This document shows, piece after piece, positions 8,522 to 19,313 of a stretch of 64,000 nucleotides of DNA. This DNA is from Gammaproteobacteria bacterium. Its GTDB lineage: Bacteria; Pseudomonadota; Gammaproteobacteria; Natronospirales; REEB76. Within the stretch, counting starts at the first letter, position 1. Each line of letters starts with the position of its first letter. The notes beneath the pieces were generated by a model. The model was not told the origin of the DNA. It made no database searches and saw only the letters and a program-made list of their open reading frames with translations. The stretch lies in NCBI GenBank assembly GCA_049591615.1, contig JBAWFD010000048.1, forward strand, positions 213 through 64,212, in the 5' to 3' direction. The translations under genes and the position numbers were made by a program.

Positions 8522-10984
8522 TCAGAAGATATCGGTACCGTTCGCCGGCTTTTTGGCCGGCGCTTTTGGCGGCAAATGGCCGGCCATGAAAAACTCAAAT
8601 ATGGAGCCAGGGTCGCTGGCGCTGACTAATAAACCAGTTTTGGGATCGATACGCGCTTGTACGATGCCGGGCGGTTCCACGAAAGGAACCTGGGGTACAC
8701 CTTGCAGCGCCGGCCCCATGAAATCCATCCATACTGGTAATGCTGCTTTGGCGCCTTGTTCACCATCGCCCAACGATTGGGATGGCTGATCGTTGCCGAC
8801 CCATGCCACCGTAACAATGTCATTGTTATAGCCATCGAACCAGGCATTTGACCAATCATTGGTGGTCCCAGTCTTGCCGGCCAGATCAGAACGGTCCAGC
8901 GCCTGGGCGGAGGCGCCGGTGCCGTACTTGATCACATCCTGCAGCATGCTGGTTATGAGCCAAGCGTTCTGTGGAGTGATTGCCTGTGGGGCGTATCGCG
9001 GCATTGGAGGCGGCACGGGCATGCCCGCTGCAGCGGATGTTATGGCGGTCGGGACCGTGGTCGGTGTAGAAATGTTTTTGCTGGCATCCAGATTGCAGCT
9101 ATCGCAGGCCACTTCAGGATTAGCCGCATACAGAACCTGGCCGGAACCATCGATGATGCGCTGGATGAAATAGGGCGTGACGCGGAACCCATGGTTGGCA
9201 AACACAGCATAACCGCGCGCCATCTCCAATGGGGTGAGATCGGCACTGCCGAGCGCTAGTGTCAGATTGTTGGGTAATTCGGATGCATCAAAGCCGAATT
9301 TCTGAGCATAGTTGATGGCATAACCCACGCCAATGCTTTGCAAGACACGGATTGATGCCAGGTTAAGGGAGTGTGCCAGCGCCAGCCGCAAGCGTGTCGG
9401 GCCGCTAAAATCCTGTTCATAATTGTTGGGTCGCCAAACATTGGCGAATGCTGGATCCTGAACCACGACTGGGGCATCGCTTATGACGCTCGCCGGCGTA
9501 AACCCATCTTCCAGGGCAGCTGAATAATAGAATGGCTTGAATGAAGAACCGGGCTGACGGTGTGCCTGGACAGCGCGATTGAACTTGCTCGCATCGAAGT
9601 CAAAACCGCCCACCAAGGCGGCAATGGCGCCGTCGAATGGATCCATGCATACCAGCGCGCCCTGGGCAGTCGGGACTTGCGACAAGGACCAACTGCCATC
9701 ACTGGCATGATCCAGGTAAACGACGTCGCCGCGCTTGAGGATGTCGGCGGCGATCTTGGGTGCTGCAGCCATAGCATTGACGCTGAGGTAACGCCGCGCC
9801 CATTCCAGTCCGTTCCAGTCGACCGACACCAAACCGGCACCATCCACATAAAACTGTGCACTTCGGTTTTCAACCTTGATCGTTAGGGCCGGAAATAGGC
9901 CGCCTATATGATCACGATTCGATAACAGTTGCGCCCAATCTGCCTGAGTGCCGTCTACGGTCACATTTACGTGCGCGACCGGCCCGCGCCAACCGTGCCG
10001 CTGGTCATAATCCAGCAAGCCTGCGCGTACTGCTTGCACAGCTAGCGGTTGCAGGCGGCTGTCGATGGTGGTGACTACTGAGTAACCGGCGGTGTAGGCA
10101 TCATCGCCATATTTTGCAGTCATGTAATCACGCACCATCTCCGCGAGATAGGGAGCATTCACTTGCGCCGCGGGCTCGTGATATGAAGCCGTCATGGGTG
10201 CGGTCATGGCCTGCTGGTACTCATCCTTGGTGATGTAACCATCGTCCAACATGCGCCCGAGCACATAGCCACGACGCACCAGCGCCCGTTGTTGATTGAT
10301 TAGCGGGTTATCGGTGGATGGCGCCTTGGGCAAGCCCGCGATCATGGCGAGTTGCGGCAAGCTCAGATGACTGACATCGGTGCCGTAATAAACCTCCGCA
10401 GCAGCTCCGACACCATAAGCGCGATTGCCAAGATAGATCTTGTTCAGATATAAATCGAGAATATCTTCCTTGCTGAGTTCACGTTCAATCTTGAGAGCCA
10501 GGAATACCTCTTTCAGTTTGCGTGTATAGGTTTTTTCCCGGGAAAGGAAGAAATTACGTGCCACCTGCATAGTGATGGTGCCGCCACCCTCGGATTTCTG
10601 ACCGGTAAGGACCAGATGGATGGCGGCACGCAAAAGACCGCGCAAGCTCACACCGGGGTGATCCCAATAATGTTCGTCCTCCGCAGCCACGAAGGCGTTC
10701 ACAACCAGCTTGGGTATCTGGTCATAAGTTAGCGGGATTCGTCGTTTTTCACCGAAAGCCGCCAGCAATTGGCCATCGCGGCTATAGACCCTAAGGGGTA
10801 CTTGCAGGTGGATATCCTTGAGCAGGGCTACCGAAGGCAGGCTTGGAGCCACCACTAGATAGGCAATCACCGCACTCAAAACACCCAAGCCAAAGAGTCC
10901 AGCCAGACCGCCAAGCACAACATATAGTGTTTTGAGTGAGCGACGCACGCGTTTCTCGTCTAAATGCTCGGGTGGAACTGCCAT
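8522..10984 (-). CDS. mrcA: Penicillin-binding protein 1A (bifunctional transglycosylase/transpeptidase)
   Basis: It has GT51 motifs (AAEDEHYWDHPG, GGTITMQVARN) and transpeptidase motifs SSFKP and KTGTT. It is divergent from pilM, as in many proteobacteria. Confidence 0.95.
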   Translation of the reverse strand: MAVPPEHLDEKRVRRSLKTLYVVLGGLAGLFGLGVLSAVIAYLVVAPSLPSVALLKDIHLQVPLRVYSRDGQLLAAFGEKRRIPLTYDQIPKLVVNAFVAAEDEHYWDHPGVSLRGLLRAAIHLVLTGQKSEGGGTITMQVARNFFLSREKTYTRKLKEVFLALKIERELSKEDILDLYLNKIYLGNRAYGVGAAAEVYYGTDVSHLSLPQLAMIAGLPKAPSTDNPLINQQRALVRRGYVLGRMLDDGYITKDEYQQAMTAPMTASYHEPAAQVNAPYLAEMVRDYMTAKYGDDAYTAGYSVVTTIDSRLQPLAVQAVRAGLLDYDQRHGWRGPVAHVNVTVDGTQADWAQLLSNRDHIGGLFPALTIKVENRSAQFYVDGAGLVSVDWNGLEWARRYLSVNAMAAAPKIAADILKRGDVVYLDHASDGSWSLSQVPTAQGALVCMDPFDGAIAALVGGFDFDASKFNRAVQAHRQPGSSFKPFYYSAALEDGFTPASVISDAPVVVQDPAFANVWRPNNYEQDFSGPTRLRLALAHSLNLASIRVLQSIGVGYAINYAQKFGFDASELPNNLTLALGSADLTPLEMARGYAVFANHGFRVTPYFIQRIIDGSGQVLYAANPEVACDSCNLDASKNISTPTTVPTAITSAAAGMPVPPPMPRYAPQAITPQNAWLITSMLQDVIKYGTGASAQALDRSDLAGKTGTTNDWSNAWFDGYNNDIVTVAWVGNDQPSQSLGDGEQGAKAALPVWMDFMGPALQGVPQVPFVEPPGIVQARIDPKTGLLVSASDPGSIFEFFMAGHLPPKAPAKKPANGTDIF

Positions 10985-11126
10985 ATATGCCTCAAACCTG
11001 CCTGTGCATAACTGTAAAAACTATATTTGATTTAATCATTTGTTGATATATATTGAAGCTGTAGATTAAGACACGGGGCCGGCTTTATAGGTCGGAAACC
11101 AAAGGTTAACGGAAGGATTTGAGAAC

Positions 11127-12209
11127 GTGCTAGACGGGCTGTTTAAGCGTGCGTCAAAACCTCTCGTGGGGATCGATATCAGTACTTCCTCAGTGAAGCT
11201 GATTGAGCTTTCCAAGAGTGGCAATACCTATAAGGTTGAAAGCTTCGCTGCCGAAGCCATGCCGTTCAATGCTATCACTGACAAGGTCATTATGGACCTT
11301 GATTCGGTGGGCAATGCGGTACGCAAGGTGGTCAAGCGGGCCAGCCCGCGTACCAAGCATGCGGCCGTGGCAGTCGGTGGCCAGGTTATGACCAAGACCA
11401 TCCAAATGCCAGCGACCCTGACGGACAAAGAGTTGGGTGAGCAAATCGAACTGCAGGCTGACCAGTATATTTCCCAGCCACTGGATGAGGTGTCTTTTGA
11501 TTACGAGATTCTCGGGGTCTCCAAAGCCGACCCGGACCTTATGGATGTGCGGTTGGTGGCCGCACGTCGGGATAACATCGAAAAATTACAAGCAGTGCTC
11601 GAAATCGCCGGCATGGACGCTTCCGTCATCGACGTAGAAGTCTACGCAGTCGAGAATGCCAGCAAATTGATAGCCCATCAAATGACAGACGAGGGCATCG
11701 ATCGCACCATCGGCCTAGTGGACTTTGGCGCCGCCACCACCACTTTCACCGTGCTGCATGACCGCCGCATCATTTATAGCTATAACACCGATTTCGGCGG
11801 CAAACAGTTAACCGAAGAAATCATGCGGCACTATGGTCTTACCTATGAGGAAGCCGGCAAGGCCAAAAAAGAAGGTGGCTTGCCCAATAATTACAAAATC
11901 GAAATCTTGGACCCCTTCGTGGACGACATGGCCCAAGCCGTGAATCGCTCGTTGCAATTCTATCAATCATCCACGAGTGAACATCAACATCTCGATCAGA
12001 TACTTCTTTGTGGAGGCTGCGCAGCCATTCCGGGCGCTGCTGAACGCATCACTGGCAAATTAAATACGCCCACCATCGTCAGCAACCCCTTCGGCAAAAT
12101 GAAGCTGTCATCGCGGGCGAAGTCACAATTTGTTGAAAATGAGGCCGCTTCACTTCTGGTTGCCTGCGGCCTAGCCCTACGGAGCTTCGACAAATATGCC
12201 AAGCATTAA
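11127..12209 (+). CDS. pilM: Type IV pilus assembly ATPase-like protein PilM
   Basis: GTG start. VGIDISTSSVKLIEL indicates an actin-like fold. It is the first gene of pilMNOPQ. Confidence 0.9.
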   Translation: MLDGLFKRASKPLVGIDISTSSVKLIELSKSGNTYKVESFAAEAMPFNAITDKVIMDLDSVGNAVRKVVKRASPRTKHAAVAVGGQVMTKTIQMPATLTDKELGEQIELQADQYISQPLDEVSFDYEILGVSKADPDLMDVRLVAARRDNIEKLQAVLEIAGMDASVIDVEVYAVENASKLIAHQMTDEGIDRTIGLVDFGAATTTFTVLHDRRIIYSYNTDFGGKQLTEEIMRHYGLTYEEAGKAKKEGGLPNNYKIEILDPFVDDMAQAVNRSLQFYQSSTSEHQHLDQILLCGGCAAIPGAAERITGKLNTPTIVSNPFGKMKLSSRAKSQFVENEAASLLVACGLALRSFDKYAKH

Positions 12210-12783
12210 TCTTCTACCCTGGCGCGAGGAACGGCGCAAGGCACGTCAACAGACATTTAATCTGCGTTTGGTGCTGTCGGCCATCGTCGGTATCGTGGTG
12301 TTGCTGCTTATATGGCTTGGTTTGAGTGCATCCATATCCAATCAAGATGCGCGCAACGCCTATCTGAAGGCACAGATCGCACAAATGGATCAGCAGATTG
12401 CAGAAATCAAGGATTTACAGCAAACCAAAGCTCGTCTGTTGGCGCGCATGCAAATCATCGAGCAGCTGCAGCAGAGTCGCCCAACCGAAGTACATCTGTT
12501 TGACCAGCTGGTCAAAACTCTGCCACCTGGTGTTTACCTGACACAAGTGTCTCAGAAAGGTAATCAAGTGGAAATTCAAGGGGTCGCGGAATCCAGTGCC
12601 CGAGTATCCACTTATATGCGCAACATAGATGCCTCACCCTGGATGGGAGATCCCAACCTGCAGGTAGTGCAAAAAGACCCGAAGGTGGATTTTGGCGTAC
12701 GCGCCCAACAGTTCAACGTCACAGCCAAAATCGTTGATAAGAGTGACGCTGACACGGATGCACAAAATGGAGGCAATCAGTAA
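12196..12783 (+). CDS. pilN: Type IV pilus assembly protein PilN
   Basis: INLLPWREERR N-terminus plus a single TM segment. The gene overlaps pilM. Confidence 0.85.
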   Translation: MPSINLLPWREERRKARQQTFNLRLVLSAIVGIVVLLLIWLGLSASISNQDARNAYLKAQIAQMDQQIAEIKDLQQTKARLLARMQIIEQLQQSRPTEVHLFDQLVKTLPPGVYLTQVSQKGNQVEIQGVAESSARVSTYMRNIDASPWMGDPNLQVVQKDPKVDFGVRAQQFNVTAKIVDKSDADTDAQNGGNQ

Positions 12784-13445
12784 TGAAGCTGGCTGACCTC
12801 AAAAATTTTGACTTTAATGAATTGCGCAATCTGGATTTCAAGAATCCAGGCGGCTGGCCGATGCCGGCCCGGGTTGTCGCCTATCTGGTAATTTTTGCAT
12901 TCGTAGTGCTCATTGGTTACTACTTCTGGTTGAGCGACGACAACGCACAACTGGACCAGGCACAGAAACAGGAGACGACCCTCAAGACAGAGTTTGAGCA
13001 GAAAGCAGCTGAGGCCGCTCACCTTGAAATATACAAAGAGCAGATTGAACAGATGAAACGCTCTTTTGGCACCATGCTGCGGCAGTTGCCCGGTCAGACC
13101 GAAATACCAAGTTTGCTGCAGGATATCTCCCAGACCGCGCAGATTGACGGCCTAAAACAGGATCTGTTTAAACCAGCCAATGAGATCAAGAAGGATTTCT
13201 ACGCTGAAAAACCTATCCAGATACAGGTTGAGGGCACTTATCATCAATTCGGCAAATTTGTCAGTGATATGGCAGCCTTGCCGCGCATCGTTACGGTGCA
13301 CGATATCAGCATCAAGCCCGTGGGTAACAGCAGTAATGGCGTCACCCTGGTCATGACCCTCACCGCCAAGACTTACCGCTATCTCGAGGATAGCGAACAA
13401 GTAGTTGCAAAGCCGGCTAAAGGCAAGAAGAAGGGTAAGCCATGA
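12783..13445 (+). CDS. pilO: Type IV pilus assembly protein PilO
   Basis: Assigned from its position in the operon, its single TM segment, its coiled coil, and its PilO-like C-terminus. Confidence 0.85.
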   Translation: MKLADLKNFDFNELRNLDFKNPGGWPMPARVVAYLVIFAFVVLIGYYFWLSDDNAQLDQAQKQETTLKTEFEQKAAEAAHLEIYKEQIEQMKRSFGTMLRQLPGQTEIPSLLQDISQTAQIDGLKQDLFKPANEIKKDFYAEKPIQIQVEGTYHQFGKFVSDMAALPRIVTVHDISIKPVGNSSNGVTLVMTLTAKTYRYLEDSEQVVAKPAKGKKKGKP

Positions 13446-13981
13446 GCAGCAACACACATCGTCACGCCTACACATGGTTCGCGGCGACCTGTATTGCGCT
13501 CATGCTGGCAGGGTGCGGAAATCGTATGAAAGATCTGCAGCAGTATGTTGCCCAGGTCAAAGCGCGTCGCGGTGGCCAGATTGCGCCACTCCCGCAAATC
13601 AAGCCGTTTGAAACTTACCTTTATGAAGATATGAACCTGCGTTCGCCTTTCATACCGCAGCTTGAAAGCTATGCGAATAACGCGAAAGGCTTGAATTCTT
13701 CCGGGCTACACCCGGACTTCAATCGGCCACATGAATATCTGGAACAGTTTCCATTGGATAGTCTCAAGATGATGGGCACACTCACTCTCAAGGGAACAAT
13801 GTATGCCTTGGTGCGTGACGGCGACGGTGTCGTACACAAGGTCACAGTGGGCAATTACATGGGGCAAAATTTCGGCAAGATTACCCAGGTTACACAGGCA
13901 GGCCTGGTATTAAGGGAAATCGTGCCGGACGGACAGGGTGGCTGGGTAGAACGGGATACTACCGTCCAGCTGGGCGGCTGA
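13442..13981 (+). CDS. pilP: Type IV pilus assembly lipoprotein PilP
   Basis: It has a lipobox (LMLAGC), and its position and size fit PilP. Confidence 0.8.
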   Translation: MSSNTHRHAYTWFAATCIALMLAGCGNRMKDLQQYVAQVKARRGGQIAPLPQIKPFETYLYEDMNLRSPFIPQLESYANNAKGLNSSGLHPDFNRPHEYLEQFPLDSLKMMGTLTLKGTMYALVRDGDGVVHKVTVGNYMGQNFGKITQVTQAGLVLREIVPDGQGGWVERDTTVQLGG

Positions 13982-14002
13982 TTTCTAGGCGAGGCAAGTA
14001 AC

Positions 14003-16231
14003 ATGAATAGCATACAGACACATTCACCTCATTGGGTTCACCGGACACTACTGGTATGTAGCCTGCTGTTGCTGGGACTCCTGACCATCCGCGCCGGACT
14101 AACAGCAGATGCCCCCAAGGGTAACAACCAGCTCCAGGCCATTACAGCTACCAAACTTCCTGGTGACCGGGTACAACTGCAATTCAAATTGAACGGTGCT
14201 GCGCCAAAGCCGCTCAGTTTCACTGTCGGACAACCCGCCCGCATTGCGCTGGATCTGGATGACACACGCCTGGCACTCAAAGATCGTGAGACTACCATCG
14301 GTGTGGGAAGCGTCAACAGCGTGATGGCGGCCGAGGCCGGTACCCGCACACGCGTGGTCGTGAACCTCACTTCATTGGTTCCCTATAACGTGGTTGCGCA
14401 GGGCGATAGCGTCTACGTACTATTGGGCGGCAACCCCAGCGACACTGCTGTGACACAGATTGATCCCGCCAGTCTAGAGCCAAATACCACAGCGCTGGCC
14501 GCAACCGCGGCCTCTGCAGCGGGCGCGTCGAACACAGCTACCAGCAATGCTCCTGCCGCGGGCCAGAGCATCACCAATGTGGATTTTCGCCGCGGTAACA
14601 ATGGCACCGGCAGGGTCATCGTTGGTCTGAGCACGCCATCAATCATCGGCAATGTGCATATGGATGGCGAAAATGTGGTGGTGGATTTTGCCAATACCGA
14701 GCTGCCGAAGAATCTGGTGCGGCGCATGGATGTCACTGACTTCGCCACGCCGGTACAGTACATTGATGCCCAAAACACACCAACGGGTGCGCGCCTCACT
14801 ATCCATCCCAACGGACAGTATGAAAAGCTCGCCTTCCAGAGTGACAACCTGTTCGCTGTGGAATTCTCGCCGGTATCAGCGCAGGCCGAACAGATAGCTC
14901 AGCAGAAACAATACTCCGGCCAGAAAATCAGCCTGAATTTCCAGAACATCGACATCCGCGCAGTGCTGCAGATTCTTGCGGATGCCAGCGGCAAAAATAT
15001 CGTGGTCTCGGACAGCGTGCATGGCAACATCACGCTGCGGTTACAGGACGTACCCTGGGATCAAGCCCTGGATATCATCATGAAAACCAAGGGGCTGGCG
15101 TCGCGTAATTATGGCAATACTTTGATTATCGGCACTGCCCAGGATATCGCCGCGCAGGAACAGGCGGAATTTGCCGCCCGCCAGAGCCTGGTACAAAGCG
15201 CGCCCCTGCAATCCGCATATATCCAGGTGAATTACGCCAAAGCCGCCGATCTGGCCGACCTCATCAAGGGCCAGGGCAAGGCTTCGCTATTATCTTCACG
15301 CGGAAGTCTCAGTGTGGATGCTCGCACCAACACCTTGCTGGTGCAGGACACTGCCGACAACATTGCTGATATCCGCCAGATGGTTGCGAAACTGGACATC
15401 CCCGTTGAACAGGTATTGATCGATTCGCGCGTGGTGGTCGCGCAAAACGACTATAACAGCCAGTTAGGCGTGCAGTTCGGCGCCAATGGCATCCGCCAGA
15501 CCAGCGGCGGCCTGATGACCGTGGGCGGGGATCTGACCGCCGCCAATACCCAGCAAACTGCCTTCAACCCGGTGGCCCCCGGCGTCCCGGTAACCGGCAC
15601 GCCGCTATTGAGTCTGCCTTCGCTCAATGATCAGCTCAACGTAAACGTACCCACGGCCAACCCGTTCGGCCAACTGGCGGTCTCGGTGTTGCGCCAGAAT
15701 TTCCTCGTGGACCTGGAACTGTCCGCCATGGCAGCCGCCGGCAAGGGCGAAGTGGTATCGAGTCCGCGGGTGATCACCGCCAACGGGCAGGAAGCCATCA
15801 TCTTGCAGGGTACGGAAATCCCCTATACCCAGTCGGCTTCGAGTGGCGCCACCACCGTGTCATTCAAGAATGCCGTACTCAGTCTGGACGTGACCCCGCA
15901 GATCACGCCGGATAAACGTATCTTCATGAACCTGGATGTGCACGACGACACCGTCGGTACGTATGTCCCTACGGCCAACGGCGGTTCGGTGCCCAGCATC
16001 AATACCCGCAATGTGAAAACCCAGGTATTGGTGAATGACGGCGATACGGTGGTGCTGGGCGGTATCTACGAAACCACTCAAAATACCACCATCAATAAGG
16101 TGCCGTTACTGGGTGACATCCCACTCATCGGTTGGTTGTTCCGTAATACCCAGGTGACCAACAACAAGGATGAGCTGTTGATATTCGTCACCCCTAAACT
16201 CATGACCCAGAATGCGATGCTGGGTGAGTAA
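14003..16231 (+). CDS. pilQ: Type IV pilus secretin PilQ (two AMIN domains plus secretin)
   Basis: It carries secretin C-terminal motifs (VPLLGDIPLIGWLFR, ELLIFVTPK) and N-terminal AMIN-like repeats. Confidence 0.95.
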   Translation: MNSIQTHSPHWVHRTLLVCSLLLLGLLTIRAGLTADAPKGNNQLQAITATKLPGDRVQLQFKLNGAAPKPLSFTVGQPARIALDLDDTRLALKDRETTIGVGSVNSVMAAEAGTRTRVVVNLTSLVPYNVVAQGDSVYVLLGGNPSDTAVTQIDPASLEPNTTALAATAASAAGASNTATSNAPAAGQSITNVDFRRGNNGTGRVIVGLSTPSIIGNVHMDGENVVVDFANTELPKNLVRRMDVTDFATPVQYIDAQNTPTGARLTIHPNGQYEKLAFQSDNLFAVEFSPVSAQAEQIAQQKQYSGQKISLNFQNIDIRAVLQILADASGKNIVVSDSVHGNITLRLQDVPWDQALDIIMKTKGLASRNYGNTLIIGTAQDIAAQEQAEFAARQSLVQSAPLQSAYIQVNYAKAADLADLIKGQGKASLLSSRGSLSVDARTNTLLVQDTADNIADIRQMVAKLDIPVEQVLIDSRVVVAQNDYNSQLGVQFGANGIRQTSGGLMTVGGDLTAANTQQTAFNPVAPGVPVTGTPLLSLPSLNDQLNVNVPTANPFGQLAVSVLRQNFLVDLELSAMAAAGKGEVVSSPRVITANGQEAIILQGTEIPYTQSASSGATTVSFKNAVLSLDVTPQITPDKRIFMNLDVHDDTVGTYVPTANGGSVPSINTRNVKTQVLVNDGDTVVLGGIYETTQNTTINKVPLLGDIPLIGWLFRNTQVTNNKDELLIFVTPKLMTQNAMLGE

Positions 16232-16427
16232 GCCTGTCATTGGGCAGTCGCATGATGCGGGAAAGGTGATACCGATTATGAACAGGCCAAGACTGGCCGA
16301 GGATTTCATCCGCGGTATGCTTAACGTCTTTAACCTATCAGACGTTCTTATCATCACGTCGCATGCGGTACAGCCTTAAATCCGGTGGTGGCATTACCTC
16401 CTTGGCTAGGAGATATTGCGCTGTTTG

Positions 16428-16988
16428 ATGAATCACGGCCCCCGCAGCACCACTGTAAACCGGCTGTTCCTCATCGGTCCCATGGGGGGCGGGAAAACAG
16501 CCATCGGACGTGAGCTCGCACGTCTGTTGGGGCGGGAGTTTCTGGATACCGACCATGAAATCGAGCGCCGTACCGGCGCCGACATCCCATTGATATTCGA
16601 GAAGGAAGGCGAGGCGGGATTCCGCCGGCGCGAACGGCAGGTCATCGCGGAACTCAGCCAGCGGCAGAATATCGTGCTGGCCACCGGCGGGGGTGCAGTG
16701 CTGGATCCTGCCAACCGCGCATGTCTGCAGTCCCGCGGATTCGTGATTTACCTCAAAGCCTCCGTCAATGCCCAGTACGATCGCACCGGGCGTAACCCAA
16801 GGCGTCCACTGCTCGCATCCGTGGATCGTGAGGAACGCTTGCAGAAACTATTCGCGGTCCGTGAACCACTTTATGAAAGCATCGCCCAGCTAACCATCGT
16901 CACCGATCACGGGCGGGTAAAGAAATTGGCACAGGATATCCAGCAGGAACTTGGAAACACAACGTCCCTGTTAGCGGACGCCGAATGA
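16428..16988 (+). CDS. aroK: Shikimate kinase
   Basis: Walker A GPMGGGKT is present. The ORF track starts at TTG 16416, but I prefer ATG 16428. Confidence 0.9.
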   Translation: MNHGPRSTTVNRLFLIGPMGGGKTAIGRELARLLGREFLDTDHEIERRTGADIPLIFEKEGEAGFRRRERQVIAELSQRQNIVLATGGGAVLDPANRACLQSRGFVIYLKASVNAQYDRTGRNPRRPLLASVDREERLQKLFAVREPLYESIAQLTIVTDHGRVKKLAQDIQQELGNTTSLLADAE

Positions 16989-17004
16989 CAAAGGTAGGGA
17001 TTTC

Positions 17005-18084
17005 ATGGCGACATTGACTGTGAAACTCGGGACCCACAGCTACCCCATCCACATCAATGCGGGGTTGCACGAACGTGCTGAACTGTTTTCAGAATACTTG
17101 CACAAGCATGCAGTTTGCATCATCACCGATGACAATGTGGCGCCACTTTACCTGCGCAAGCTCGCTCGGACTCTCAAGGAGTTTGCTCCCAGTCATCTGG
17201 TTCTGCCCCACGGTGAAATGCACAAGGACTGGCACAGCCTGGATAGCATATTCAGTGTCCTGCTGAAGCGCGCATTAGGGCGCGATGCGGTGCTGCTTGC
17301 CTTGGGTGGCGGTGTGGTGGGTGATCTGACCGGCTTTGCTGCGGCCTGCTATCAGCGCGGCATCAATTACATCCAAGTGCCGACCACCCTGCTGGCGCAA
17401 GTGGATTCCTCCCTAGGCGGAAAAACCGCCATCAACCATAAGGGTGGCAAAAACATGATCGGCGCCTTTCACCAGCCGCTGGCAGTGGTTGCCGACATCA
17501 ACACGCTCAAAACCCTGCCACCCCGTGAATTCCATGCCGGTCTAGCGGAAGTCATCAAGTGCGGCTTGATCTGCGACGAGGATTTCTTCCTGTGGCTTGA
17601 AGCCCATGTGCAGGAAATATTGGATCTCAACACAGAAGCTTGCCAGCACGCGATCCTGCGTGCTTGTGAGATCAAGGCCGAGATCGTTGCGGAAGACGAA
17701 CGCGAACAGGGCCGGCGCGCTCTGCTCAATCTTGGACATACTTTCGGTCACGCTATCGAGACCGCATTGGGCTACGGCGAATGGCTGCATGGCGAAGCCG
17801 TGGCGGCCGGCATCGGCATGGCAGCGGAAATGTCGGTGCGTATGGATTGGCTCAAGGCATCCGAATACCGGCGTATCTGCCGGCTGCTGGAACGTGCCGG
17901 ATTACCCAACAAAGCACCCGCCTCGCTCAAGCCCATGCAGCTCCTCACCCAGATGCGCAAAGATAAAAAAGTGCGCAAGCGCCGACTGCGCCTGATATTG
18001 CCGAGAGGCATCGGCCAGGCAGTGGTCAGCGAGGACTTCGATCCAAGGGTGCTCGGCAATACCTTGGCCGGCAAATCCATTTGA
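17005..18084 (+). CDS. aroB: 3-dehydroquinate synthase
   Basis: GGGVVGDLTGFAA and GHTFGHAIE motifs. It follows aroK. Confidence 0.95.
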   Translation: MATLTVKLGTHSYPIHINAGLHERAELFSEYLHKHAVCIITDDNVAPLYLRKLARTLKEFAPSHLVLPHGEMHKDWHSLDSIFSVLLKRALGRDAVLLALGGGVVGDLTGFAAACYQRGINYIQVPTTLLAQVDSSLGGKTAINHKGGKNMIGAFHQPLAVVADINTLKTLPPREFHAGLAEVIKCGLICDEDFFLWLEAHVQEILDLNTEACQHAILRACEIKAEIVAEDEREQGRRALLNLGHTFGHAIETALGYGEWLHGEAVAAGIGMAAEMSVRMDWLKASEYRRICRLLERAGLPNKAPASLKPMQLLTQMRKDKKVRKRRLRLILPRGIGQAVVSEDFDPRVLGNTLAGKSI

Positions 18085-19271
18085 ACGATTCGGTTTCAAC
18101 ACCTCGACTCGCCGCCTACGCTGCCCATGATGGATCCTCGCGAGGCCGGCAGTATCCTGAACCGGCGCCGCGCTATCGCAGTGAATTTCAGCGCGATCGC
18201 GATCGCATCATCCATGCGGGGGCCTTCCGTCGGCTCATGTACAAGACCCAGGTGTTCGTTTACGACGAAGGTGACTTGTATCGCACGCGCCTCACTCATT
18301 CCCTGGAGGTGGCACAGATTGCCCGTAGCGTAGCACTAGCACTAAATCTCAATGAACCGCTCACAGAAGCTATTGCTCTGGCCCACGACCTCGGCCACAC
18401 GCCCTTCGGCCACGCCGGGCAGGATGCCCTGAATGAGGTGATGCGGGATTACGGCGGCTTCGAACACAACCTGCAATCCCTGCGGGTGGTGGACTTACTG
18501 GAAGAAAAATATGCGGAATTTCCCGGGCTTAATCTCACTTTCGAAACCCGTGAAGGCATCCTCAAACATTGTTCCCTCATCAACGCAAAACAGCTGGGCG
18601 AACTGGGCCGGCGTTTCGTCGAGCACACTCAGCCCGGTCTCGAGGCCCAGATTACCAACATCGCTGACGAGATCGCCTATAACAACCATGATGTAGATGA
18701 CGGCCTACGTGCCGGCCTGATCTGTGTAGATGAGCTCATGGGTATCGAGCTGTTCCGTGAGCCTTATGCCAGCGTAAAGCAGCGTTACCCCGGACTTACA
18801 GCACGTCGCCAGATACACGAAACCGTACGGCGTATGATCAATGGATCGATAACCGATCTGATCGAGCAAAGCCGCGCCAATATCGCAGACGCCGCGCCCA
18901 CCAACATCGAGGAGGTGCGCGCATTGGCCAAGCCCTTGATCACATTCAGTCCCGGTGCTGGGGCCAAGAGCCGCACGCTCGCGCAGTTTCTACGCAAACA
19001 GCTTTATTTTCACCCACAGGTGCAACGCGCCGCGGGAAAAGCGGCACGCATCGTGCGTGAATTGTTCAATGTGTACGTCAATGAGCTTGAACAATTACCG
19101 GAAACTAATAGTGCGAATATGCAGCCTTGGGGTAAGGATAATGCTGACCTGGAACGTGCGCGTAGAGTCGCGGACTACATCGCCGGCATGACCGATCGTT
19201 ACGCCTTACGTGAATATCAACGTGTCACCGGCCAGGCCATTGGCAATGCAAGTTACATGGATTCCGCGTGA
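18081..19271 (+). CDS. dgt: dGTP triphosphohydrolase-like HD-domain protein
   Basis: FQRDRDRIIHAGAFRRL, THSLEVAQIAR and HDLGHTPFGH motifs. The TTG start overlaps the aroB stop. Confidence 0.85.
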   Translation: MNDSVSTPRLAAYAAHDGSSRGRQYPEPAPRYRSEFQRDRDRIIHAGAFRRLMYKTQVFVYDEGDLYRTRLTHSLEVAQIARSVALALNLNEPLTEAIALAHDLGHTPFGHAGQDALNEVMRDYGGFEHNLQSLRVVDLLEEKYAEFPGLNLTFETREGILKHCSLINAKQLGELGRRFVEHTQPGLEAQITNIADEIAYNNHDVDDGLRAGLICVDELMGIELFREPYASVKQRYPGLTARRQIHETVRRMINGSITDLIEQSRANIADAAPTNIEEVRALAKPLITFSPGAGAKSRTLAQFLRKQLYFHPQVQRAAGKAARIVRELFNVYVNELEQLPETNSANMQPWGKDNADLERARRVADYIAGMTDRYALREYQRVTGQAIGNASYMDSA

Positions 19272-19313
19272 TAGAATCGTTGCAATACAAACCTCGCTAA
19301 ACAGCATGCCGTC

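Noticed and set aside
16278-16379. A 33-codon ORF between pilQ and aroK (MNRPRLAEDFIRGMLNVFNLSDVLIITSHAVQP).
   Set aside because: It is short with a weak ribosome-binding site, and I know of no family it matches. The region is more likely the aroK promoter or leader.
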